Source: Nitrososphaerota archaeon (GTDB lineage: Archaea; Thermoproteota; Nitrososphaeria; Nitrososphaerales; UBA57). Taken from it: a DNA stretch of 12,500 nucleotides. How positions within the stretch are numbered: position 1 is the stretch's first letter; each line of letters opens with the position of its first letter. The DNA is taken from positions 11,791 to 24,290 of the forward strand of contig PAVW01000015.1 in assembly GCA_002713205.1 (NCBI GenBank), given 5' to 3'. The translations under genes and the position numbers were made by a program. Below are positions 1 through 6,288 of this stretch, piece by piece. Under the pieces are notes generated by a model. It ran no database searches. It was not told the DNA's origin and was given only the letters and a program-made list of their open reading frames with translations.

Positions 1-72
1 TGACTCAACATTATAAACTAATACACACAACTATTCTAAAATGTATTTATTTTCAGTAAAAAATACGTTAAA

Positions 73-82
73 TTTTAAATAA
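73..82 (+). promoter_or_regulatory. TATA-like box (TTTTAAATAA) upstream of the protease gene
   Basis: AT-only box centred about 25 nt upstream of the ATGTG at 101-105. Most other genes in this window show similar spacing, consistent with archaeal leaderless transcription. Confidence 0.4.
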
Positions 83-102
83 TATTTTATCAAGTTAAAA
101 AT

Positions 103-1428
103 GTGCTCCGCATCATCTCCGTGATTTTACTATCTTTAATGCTTATAATTCCCACAGTAGTTCTATATCAAAACAATATAGAGATAACTGAAAATTACGA
201 AATGTTAACAATTGATTTTGATAATTTAACAATTAATTTTGATAATCTTGAAGATGATTTATTTAACTTAGAAAAAGAAAAACAACAACTAGATAACGAA
301 CTAACTTTACTACAAACAATACACAATTCACTAATGAGTGATTATGAAGAATCACAAAATACTTTAACCCAATTAGAACAAACACTTGAAGATATTAACC
401 GTCAGAAAACAACCCTAGAATCAGAAATTCAACAACGTAAAAACGAGATATTACAATTAATCGAGGATGGGAACGCAAAACAAAGCGAAATTATATCATT
501 AACTACTGACTTAACTCGACGCATTAACGATCTTGATTTACTAACAACTCGTTCACTAGAACTTGAAACGCAGATTTCCATACAAGATGAAAATATTGAA
601 AATCAAAAACAAACGATTGATAATTTAGAGGATGAAAGAACCGAATTGATTGAACAAAGAAACGAAATTACCGAAGAAAGAAATCAACTTGTTGTTGAAA
701 ATATACAACTAGCTGAAGATAATGCTAGATTGGAGCTTCTCCTAAATGAAGGTGATTTAGAAAACAGAGATGAAATACTAAGACTTGGAATTAATTCACG
801 ACAAAGTGTAGTACGAATAGGACATACTGGTGGCCGGCTAGTAGGCACTGGATTTTTCGTATCTAATAATGGCTGTATAATAACAAACTTACACGTAACT
901 AACGCAGCAACAAACAGCGAAGATCAAATGCTCATTCATTTTCCAGATGGACGTGAATACACAGGAGACTTACTCAAAGAAGGTTCGCTAAATCGGGGGG
1001 AAGAACGCAACATTGACATCGCATTAGTTAAAATTAGTGCTACTACAGTTCCCCTTTCACTTAGTAATTCTACCCCACAATACGAAGACACAGCGATCTT
1101 AATTGGGCATCCAGGAGAACTAGGTGCTTGGGTTATTGCAGCAGGGAGCTACAATGGAGTTAGTCCTTATAGTTGGTCTACTAATGATTATTTATTTTCA
1201 CTTCCTTCCGTATTTGGTGGTTCAAGTGGATCTCCAATACTTAATATGAACGGCGAAGTAATCGCTTTAAATTGGGGCAGTATCGTACACACACCACTAA
1301 ATCAAAACAACGACTTAATAGTCTGGAAAGATAATCTTGGAAAATTTATTATGGAAAACCAATATTCACTCGCTGAAACATCTATTGACATCATATCATT
1401 TCTTAGTGACACAGAATGCAGAATTTAA
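103..1428 (+). CDS. Membrane-anchored coiled-coil protein with a C-terminal trypsin-like serine protease domain (S1/Trypsin_2-like, no PDZ)
   Basis: N-terminal hydrophobic segment LRIISVILLSLMLIIPTVVLY. Residues ~28-225 are heptad-like and rich in Q/E/N/L (coiled coil). The C-terminal domain has triad contexts GTGFFVSNNGCIITNLHV (His264), NIDIALVKI (Asp305) and FGGSSGSPILN (Ser375). The start is GTG at 103, which is needed to keep the whole TM segment; in-frame alternatives are GTG 121 and ATG 139. Confidence 0.8.
   Translation: MLRIISVILLSLMLIIPTVVLYQNNIEITENYEMLTIDFDNLTINFDNLEDDLFNLEKEKQQLDNELTLLQTIHNSLMSDYEESQNTLTQLEQTLEDINRQKTTLESEIQQRKNEILQLIEDGNAKQSEIISLTTDLTRRINDLDLLTTRSLELETQISIQDENIENQKQTIDNLEDERTELIEQRNEITEERNQLVVENIQLAEDNARLELLLNEGDLENRDEILRLGINSRQSVVRIGHTGGRLVGTGFFVSNNGCIITNLHVTNAATNSEDQMLIHFPDGREYTGDLLKEGSLNRGEERNIDIALVKISATTVPLSLSNSTPQYEDTAILIGHPGELGAWVIAAGSYNGVSPYSWSTNDYLFSLPSVFGGSSGSPILNMNGEVIALNWGSIVHTPLNQNNDLIVWKDNLGKFIMENQYSLAETSIDIISFLSDTECRI
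205..246 (+). repeat. Tandem 21-bp in-frame duplication (20/21 identical) inside the coiled-coil region
   Basis: TTAACAATTGATTTTGATAAT (205-225) is followed directly by TTAACAATTAATTTTGATAAT (226-246). These encode LTIDFDN and LTINFDN, exactly one heptad each. Confidence 0.9.
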
Positions 1429-1457
1429 TTTAAATTCATCTTCTTCATACCGGATTT

Positions 1458-1880
1458 ATGGATTCGTGTCTATTTTGTAAAATAGTTAAAGGCGAAATTC
1501 CAAGCTATAAGATATACGAAGACGATAAAACACTTTCATTTCTTGATGTTTTTCCGATAAGCGAAGGACACTCTCTTATAATTCCAAAAAAACACGCTCA
1601 ATTTGTTGAAGAATTAGATAATGAAACAGCATCCGCTGTATTTAATACAACCATAAAAATTTCAAAGAAATTACGCAATAAACTAAATGTACCTGCAACT
1701 ACTATTGGAATTCATAACGGCAAGGAAAGCGGCCAGGAGATTCCTCACATGCACATTCATGTAATTCCAAGAGAAGAATCTGATGGCGGAGGCCCAATAA
1801 ACATTGTCATGGCCAATGGTAAATTCAATAAACCAACCGACGAAGAATTAAAAGCATTATTTGAGAAATTATCAAAATAA
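1458..1880 (+). CDS. HIT-family (histidine triad) nucleotide hydrolase/transferase, Hint-like
   Basis: Histidine triad HMHIHVIP (HxHxHxx) near the C-terminus and N-terminal CLFCKIV...IYEDD typical of the Hint branch. It lies 29 bp downstream of the protease gene on the same strand, so the two are probably co-transcribed. Confidence 0.9.
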   Translation: MDSCLFCKIVKGEIPSYKIYEDDKTLSFLDVFPISEGHSLIIPKKHAQFVEELDNETASAVFNTTIKISKKLRNKLNVPATTIGIHNGKESGQEIPHMHIHVIPREESDGGGPINIVMANGKFNKPTDEELKALFEKLSK

Positions 1881-1894
1881 TATGATAATATAAA

Positions 1895-1994
1895 TCAGGA
1901 GAACTGAACTGCGAGCCTTTACTGGACCATGCAGTTCACCTGAATTAAATAGGCTTGTTTACCCAAGCCTTGGCCCGTGAGCCATGCAATATGG
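1895..1994. ncRNA. Candidate structured RNA of unknown class (strand undetermined)
   Basis: GC-rich island: 50 G+C in the 102 nt of 1896-1997 by hand count. Three consecutive stem-loops can be drawn: a 13-bp bulged stem 1895-1943, a 7-bp stem 1951-1970, and a 4-bp stem 1971-1984 (or 1982-1994). No ORF longer than 16 codons on either strand. Confidence 0.3.
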
Positions 1995-2112
1995 TTGATT
2001 TTATTGCAGATAAACACAATAAGCCAAAAAAAGTCAATTAAAGAAGCAATATTTACTGACCATCCATCTCTAGTTTTTACATTTCTAACTTTTATTATCG
2101 TGTTATTAATTC

Positions 2113-2202
2113 ATGAAAAAAAATAAACAAATATCAAAAGAACAAATCGATTTAGATATTGGCACAGATTATAATTTTCCTGGTTATAATCCTACCTCTT
2201 AA
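2113..2202 (+). CDS. Speculative 29-codon sORF (MKKNKQISKEQIDLDIGTDYNFPGYNPTS)
   Basis: ATG 2113 to TAA 2200-2202, with a TTTTATTA box at 2089-2096 about 20 nt upstream. There is no family recognition, and a short ORF in AT-rich spacer could be chance. Confidence 0.12.
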   Translation: MKKNKQISKEQIDLDIGTDYNFPGYNPTS

Positions 2203-2204
2203 CA

Positions 2205-3122
2205 TTATAAATTATTTTCTTCAATAAATTTTTCAACATCAATAGCTGCTTGACACCCATGCCCCGCTGCAGTTACTGCTTGTCTGTAACGAAAATCATA
2301 AACATCACCAGCTACAAAAACCCCATCTATATTTGTACGAGTTCCATTATGAATAACATATCCTTTTTCATTAAGATCTATTTGTCCTTTAAGAAAATCC
2401 GTATTTGGTTTATGTCCTATTGCAACGAACAATCCCTGAACTTCCATATCACTAACTTGATTTGTTTTAATGTTTTTTATTTTAATTCCAGTGACGGAAT
2501 TTTCACCAATCACATCAACTATTTCACTATCCCAAACAAATTCTATTTTGTTATTTTTAAACGCACGCTCCTGCATAATTTTACTAGCTCGTAATTTAGC
2601 TCTTCTATGTATTACTGTAACTTTATTTGCAAATTTTGTAAGGAACAAGGATTCTTCCATAGCTGAATCACCACCACCAACAACTACAATATTTTTATTT
2701 TTAAAAAAGAAACCATCACACGTAGCACAAGAAGAAACACCTCTTCCAATCAATTTTTGCTCAGAACTTAATCCCAACCATTTAGAGTCAGCTCCAGTCG
2801 CAATTATTATTGTATTTGCATTATAGTTATTTTCTGCAGTTGAAACTTGAAACGGATTTTTCCTAAAATCTACAGATGTGACATTTTCATTAATTATTTC
2901 CGCACCGAATCTTTTTGCTTGTTTCCGAAAATTTTCCATAAGATCGGGGCCTTTAATTCCATCAACAAAACCAGGATAGTTTTCGACATCAGTAGTTAGC
3001 ATCAATTGTCCTCCCCATTCTACTCCACCTATGACTAATGGATTTAAGTTGGCTCGTGCTGTATACAAAGCCGCGGTTAATCCAGCGGGTCCTGAACCTA
3101 AAATTATAACCTTTTTACCCAC
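2205..3122 (-). CDS. trxB: Thioredoxin-disulfide reductase (low-Mr, NADPH-dependent)
   Basis: FAD-binding GSGPAGLTAA, redox-active CATC within SSCATCDG, NADPH-binding GGGDSAMEE followed by HRR, and C-terminal GVFVAGDV...QAVTAAGHGCQAA. The start is GTG (3122-3120). Confidence 0.93.
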   Translation of the reverse strand: MGKKVIILGSGPAGLTAALYTARANLNPLVIGGVEWGGQLMLTTDVENYPGFVDGIKGPDLMENFRKQAKRFGAEIINENVTSVDFRKNPFQVSTAENNYNANTIIIATGADSKWLGLSSEQKLIGRGVSSCATCDGFFFKNKNIVVVGGGDSAMEESLFLTKFANKVTVIHRRAKLRASKIMQERAFKNNKIEFVWDSEIVDVIGENSVTGIKIKNIKTNQVSDMEVQGLFVAIGHKPNTDFLKGQIDLNEKGYVIHNGTRTNIDGVFVAGDVYDFRYRQAVTAAGHGCQAAIDVEKFIEENNL

Positions 3123-3141
3123 ATTCGTAACTATAGATGAA

Positions 3142-3151
3142 TAAAATAAAA
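3142..3151 (-). promoter_or_regulatory. TATA-like box (TTTTATTTTA on the minus strand) for trxB
   Basis: AT-only box centred about 23-25 nt upstream of the ATGTG start context at 3124-3120. Confidence 0.4.
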
Positions 3152-3170
3152 GGACTTTGATTATGTATTA

Positions 3171-3488
3171 TTAACTAACGATTTTTAATTTCTTTTCCTG
3201 AAGTCTGATATTTCTCCAACGCTTTCTTCTCTCAAAGATTTTTTTATCACTTGGAAGATGTTTTCCCATACTTTGAACTTTTTGTCTAGCTCGTCGTATA
3301 CTTCCCATTTTTCCAGCTAATTGTTCAAACTTTCTCCATGGCATTTCAGGAAGATCCACTTTTTCTATATCTTTCAACCATACCCATTGAAGATAAAAAT
3401 CATTGTTTTTTGTATCTGGATATTTTTCTAATAAATATTCAACTTCTTCAGTTGTACTTTTAAAATTTCTCATTTCCACATTAGCCAT
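3171..3488 (-). CDS. Small basic hypothetical protein (possible nucleic-acid binding)
   Basis: Uninterrupted 105-codon ORF. The C-terminal ~45 residues are very rich in Arg/Lys (SIRRARQKVQ...ERRKRWRNIRLQEKKLK). I do not recognise the family. TATA spacing favours the internal Met6 (start at 3473). Confidence 0.6.
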   Translation of the reverse strand: MANVEMRNFKSTTEEVEYLLEKYPDTKNNDFYLQWVWLKDIEKVDLPEMPWRKFEQLAGKMGSIRRARQKVQSMGKHLPSDKKIFERRKRWRNIRLQEKKLKIVS

Positions 3489-3493
3489 ATGAA

Positions 3494-3502
3494 TTATAAA
3501 AA
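3494..3502 (-). promoter_or_regulatory. TATA-like box (TTTTTATAA on the minus strand) for the 105-aa ORF
   Basis: Centred only about 10 nt upstream of ATG 3488 but about 25 nt upstream of the in-frame ATG at 3473. Confidence 0.35.
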
Positions 3503-3606
3503 CATAAAGGAATTAAACCTTCTTGTTCATTTTTCTAATTCCCAAAAAATTATAATAATTATTTATAAGAACACTAAATATTTTTATATGAAAATATAAA
3601 AACACT

Positions 3607-4140
3607 TTAATTTTTTATAAACAACTGAATTTCTGTTCCACTTTCTATACTTAGTCTTTCTGCACTACCGGAATTTAATTCTAACACATATTTCGCAGGT
3701 AATAAAGGCGAATAGATAACACAATTCTCTTCACACGGCGGAACTTGTTTTTCAATATGAACAATTTCACCATCAGAATTAATCCATATAATATCTAAAC
3801 TTATTATCATATTTTTCATCCAAAACTCATGTATTTCTTCATTTTCAAAAATAAATAACATTCCGTCATTATCATTAAGAATTTCTCTTCCCATCAATCC
3901 TTTCTGCCTCTCTTCATTAGTTAAAGCTAATTCTACATCAATGGTGTAATTATTTATTATCACATAACTATTTGATTGATTGTTTACCCCATTGTTTTCA
4001 TTTGAAACATCAATATTTTTTTCTTGCATTACATCCTGTTTTACAATATCTGCATATTCATAATAAATGAGAAACGAAAAACTCACAAAAACAAAAAACA
4101 AAAAAACCAAAACACGCATTTTACTATTCATAATTATCAA
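3607..4140 (-). CDS. DUF192 (COG1430-like) domain protein with an N-terminal signal anchor
   Basis: DUF192-type motifs ERQKGLMGR, GMLFIF, EFWMKNM, SLDIIWI and PAKYVLELNSG, plus an N-terminal hydrophobic stretch VLVFLFFVFVSFSFLIYY. The track start at 4140 is TTG; in-frame ATGs at 4131 and 4119 are more likely true starts. Confidence 0.8.
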   Translation of the reverse strand: MIIMNSKMRVLVFLFFVFVSFSFLIYYEYADIVKQDVMQEKNIDVSNENNGVNNQSNSYVIINNYTIDVELALTNEERQKGLMGREILNDNDGMLFIFENEEIHEFWMKNMIISLDIIWINSDGEIVHIEKQVPPCEENCVIYSPLLPAKYVLELNSGSAERLSIESGTEIQLFIKN

Positions 4141-4143
4141 TTT

Positions 4144-4157
4144 TTATAATATTATAA
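4144..4157 (-). promoter_or_regulatory. Perfect 14-bp AT palindrome TTATAATATTATAA, probable TATA element of the DUF192 gene
   Basis: Self-complementary 14-mer read directly from the sequence. It is centred about 20 nt from ATG 4131 and about 32 nt from ATG 4119. Confidence 0.35.
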
Positions 4158-4296
4158 TATGTAAGGAAATCGGGTTAATTTCCACTAAAAAATTTATTGA
4201 TTATATTATCATAGGTTATAGATATTAATTATGATTGACACTTTTGTTCAACCTTGTTAATTCTACTTCGTTTATCTCCGGTTTTGGATTTATATA

Positions 4297-4956
4297 ATGA
4301 TAAAAATGGGTATACTCAATAATAATTGGAATCAACAAGAAAAAGAACCAATGCTTTCAAAAATGAAAGGAAAAATAAATTCTCAACCCCCAATGAAACA
4401 CCAAATCGAATCAACACAGCGCTCTTTGCAATCAATGATAGGCAAATTAGATCAAAAAGTATCACGACTTAAGAGTCAAGATGAAAACATATTCAATAAA
4501 GTCGTAGCAGCAACACAAAAACACGAAACTGATAGAGCCTCTGCTTTTGCAAATGAATTAGCAGAACTTCGAAAAATAACTATGTCAGTTACTCAAATGA
4601 GATTAGTTTTAGAACAAATCAATCTCAGAATGGGAACTGTTCAAGACTTTGGTGATGTAATTACTTCCATCACACCGATTGTTTCAGTAGTTAAAGGAAT
4701 GAAATCCTCAATGACAGGGATTCTACCAGAAGCTAGTTCTGAAATGTCAAAAATTGGTGAAATGATGACCGGATTAATTTCCGACGCAGGTCAACTTGGA
4801 GGAACACAAACATTAATTGAATCTTCAAGTCCCGAAACTGAAAGTATATTGGCTGAAGCTGCAGCCGTAGTTGAAGTAGATAATGAGAAGCAATTCCCAT
4901 CTCCCACTCCAATCTCATCTACACCAGATGAATTGGATTTGAATTCTACTTACTAG
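4297..4956 (+). CDS. cdvB: ESCRT-III / Snf7-family cell-division protein, CdvB-like
   Basis: Helical-hairpin core resembling crenarchaeal and thaumarchaeal CdvB: DENIFNKVVAA...ASAFANELAELRKI...LEQINLRMGTVQDFGD...ITPIVSVVKGMK...ILPEASSEM. The N-terminal half is basic and the C-terminal half acidic, ending in a Pro-rich tail FPSPTPISSTP. The start is uncertain (ATG 4297, 4306 or 4351). Confidence 0.8.
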   Translation: MIKMGILNNNWNQQEKEPMLSKMKGKINSQPPMKHQIESTQRSLQSMIGKLDQKVSRLKSQDENIFNKVVAATQKHETDRASAFANELAELRKITMSVTQMRLVLEQINLRMGTVQDFGDVITSITPIVSVVKGMKSSMTGILPEASSEMSKIGEMMTGLISDAGQLGGTQTLIESSSPETESILAEAAAVVEVDNEKQFPSPTPISSTPDELDLNSTY

Positions 4957-4977
4957 CAGCACTCAAAGATTGTATTA

Positions 4978-5003
4978 TGGAAGAGGGTTAATACCCTCAT
5001 CCA
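4978..5003. terminator. Hairpin in the 53-bp spacer between the convergent cdvB and reductase genes
   Basis: TGGA-A-GAGGGT / TAAT loop / ACCCTC-A-TCCA gives 10 bp with one A.A mismatch. It is the only GC-rich element in the spacer. Archaeal termination normally uses oligo-T tracts, so its function is uncertain. Confidence 0.3.
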
Positions 5004-5009
5004 CACAAT

Positions 5010-6206
5010 CTACCAACCCCATTTTCTTGTAATTGAAAAAGCCTTCATCACTGTAGGCATGTAAGGTATTACTGGTATCAACACCCAATATTTTGGCAAT
5101 AAAGTTTTAAGAATAATTTTTAATTTTCCTGCAGCTGTAATGTTAGTTACATCTGTTTTTCCTACAAGCTCTCCCATTTTTTCCCATCTCTCTGGAGAAA
5201 ACGCATGCATGATTTCCGCGGCTTTTAGTAATGATTTATCAGCTAAAGGCAGATTTTTCCAACATTTTTCATACTTTGATAAGAATTTGGATGAAGTATC
5301 GCCTATTCGAATTGCTTCCGAAGCAATTTCTCCTGATAATTTACCTGTTTGCATTGCTGTTGAAATACCTCCAAGGAACACTGGATTTGTATATCCTCCT
5401 GCATCTCCTGCAATTAATACCCCGTCAGCATATGTTTTTTCTAAAGGTCCTTTGTATGGAATCGCTCCAGCTGTTTTATGCAAAACAGTTCCATTGATTT
5501 TCTTTAATTCGATAAATCGTTCAAGTCGTTTCACACTATCAGTTGCAGTAGTTGCAATTCCAACATTTGCAATTGACTCGCCTTTCTTAAATATCCAAAG
5601 ATAACCACCCGGTGCTATATCAAAATTAAAATACATATCAAACCCTTCGACATCTACCCCTTCCATTTTTAATTCATAAGCTCGAATTAAACACTCTCTC
5701 CATTTTTCTTTTGCAACAAGTCCCGACCACTGAGCCACATTGGATTTAGAACCATCTGCCCCAATTACAATTTTAGTTTTCACAAAAAATGTTTTTTTAT
5801 TTTTAATTACTTTAACGATTTTTTCTTCCAAATCAAAATCTACAACTTTAGCAGACGTCATTAATTCACATCCTACATCTACAGCTCTTTTTACTAAAAA
5901 CTGATCAAATTTATCACGATCCAATTCATAACCGCCATCATGAACTAACATCCAATTACCATTTGCAAAAATTACTTTCAATGTTTTGATATTTGCTGCT
6001 ATAAATTCCTTTTCTGGTTTTATATTTAGATGTTGCAATGCAAAACAACTTAGACCTTCACCACACTGAACTGGTATGCCAACAACAGGATCTTCCTCAA
6101 ACATTAACACCTTTAATCCGCTTTTTGCACATTCATAAGCTGCAGTACTTCCTGCAGGACCTGCACCGACAACAACCACATCGTAATTTAAAACTTCATT
6201 ATTCAT
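5010..6206 (-). CDS. Geranylgeranyl reductase family flavoprotein (digeranylgeranylglycerophospholipid reductase-like)
   Basis: N-terminal Rossmann FAD motif VVVVGAGPAGSTAAYECAKSGLKVLMFEE, IGADGSKSNVAQ, and LIAGDAGGYTNP. The ~400-aa length is typical of archaeal GGR. Confidence 0.9.
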   Translation of the reverse strand: MNNEVLNYDVVVVGAGPAGSTAAYECAKSGLKVLMFEEDPVVGIPVQCGEGLSCFALQHLNIKPEKEFIAANIKTLKVIFANGNWMLVHDGGYELDRDKFDQFLVKRAVDVGCELMTSAKVVDFDLEEKIVKVIKNKKTFFVKTKIVIGADGSKSNVAQWSGLVAKEKWRECLIRAYELKMEGVDVEGFDMYFNFDIAPGGYLWIFKKGESIANVGIATTATDSVKRLERFIELKKINGTVLHKTAGAIPYKGPLEKTYADGVLIAGDAGGYTNPVFLGGISTAMQTGKLSGEIASEAIRIGDTSSKFLSKYEKCWKNLPLADKSLLKAAEIMHAFSPERWEKMGELVGKTDVTNITAAGKLKIILKTLLPKYWVLIPVIPYMPTVMKAFSITRKWGW

Positions 6207-6230
6207 CTATAGATATAAGTTATTGACACT

Positions 6231-6240
6231 AATTATAATT
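6231..6240 (-). promoter_or_regulatory. TATA-like box (AATTATAATT) for the reductase gene
   Basis: Centred about 29 nt upstream of ATG 6206 in the divergent spacer. Confidence 0.35.
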
Positions 6241-6256
6241 TTTATTATTAATGAAT

Positions 6257-6266
6257 TAATTTAAAC
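6257..6266 (+). promoter_or_regulatory. TATA-like box (TAATTTAAAC) for the polymerase IV gene
   Basis: Centred about 27 nt upstream of ATG 6289. Confidence 0.35.
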
Positions 6267-6288
6267 TGTAATTACATAATATAACTAA

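Noticed and set aside
1895-1997. Tested whether the GC-rich island is a TPP riboswitch, tRNA, C/D-box sRNA or H/ACA sRNA.
   Set aside because: It contains ACCUGA followed by a hairpin, as the THI element does, but it lacks the CUGAGA junction and the P2 pairing, and no downstream gene is positioned to be regulated. It has no 7-nt anticodon loop or T-arm, no RUGAUGA/CUGA box pairs, and no ACA box after the hairpin. It is kept only as an unclassified RNA candidate.
2250-2826. Antisense ORFs within trxB (2250-2594 and 2470-2826). Similar shadow ORFs lie within cdvB (4733-4918), the reductase (5140-5604, 5231-5497, 6038-6226), UPF0182 (7876-8082, 8694-9050, 9755-9946, 9904-10206), the 216-aa gene (10590-10790), HAD (11381-11584, 11581-11859) and LLM (12152-12352).
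   Set aside because: Each overlaps a strongly supported gene whose motifs define the true frame. Their translations are low-complexity or lack recognisable motifs, so they are typical shadow ORFs.
3489-3599. A 36-codon plus-strand ORF (MNYKNIKELNLLVHFSNSQKIIIIIYKNTKYFYMKI) in the spacer. It starts back-to-back with the minus-strand ATG inside a CATATG palindrome.
   Set aside because: The product is extremely AT-driven and low-complexity, there is no promoter-like box at suitable spacing, and the region is better explained as the promoter and terminator spacer for the flanking minus-strand genes.
4234-4242. The 9-mer ATTGACACT is shared by two divergent promoter spacers (4234-4242 and 6222-6230), so it could be a common regulatory site.
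   Set aside because: Its positions relative to the flanking starts and TATA boxes are inconsistent: about 55-63 nt upstream of cdvB versus between the TATA box and the start of the reductase gene. A single shared 9-mer between two spacers of roughly 100-150 bp is not statistically compelling.
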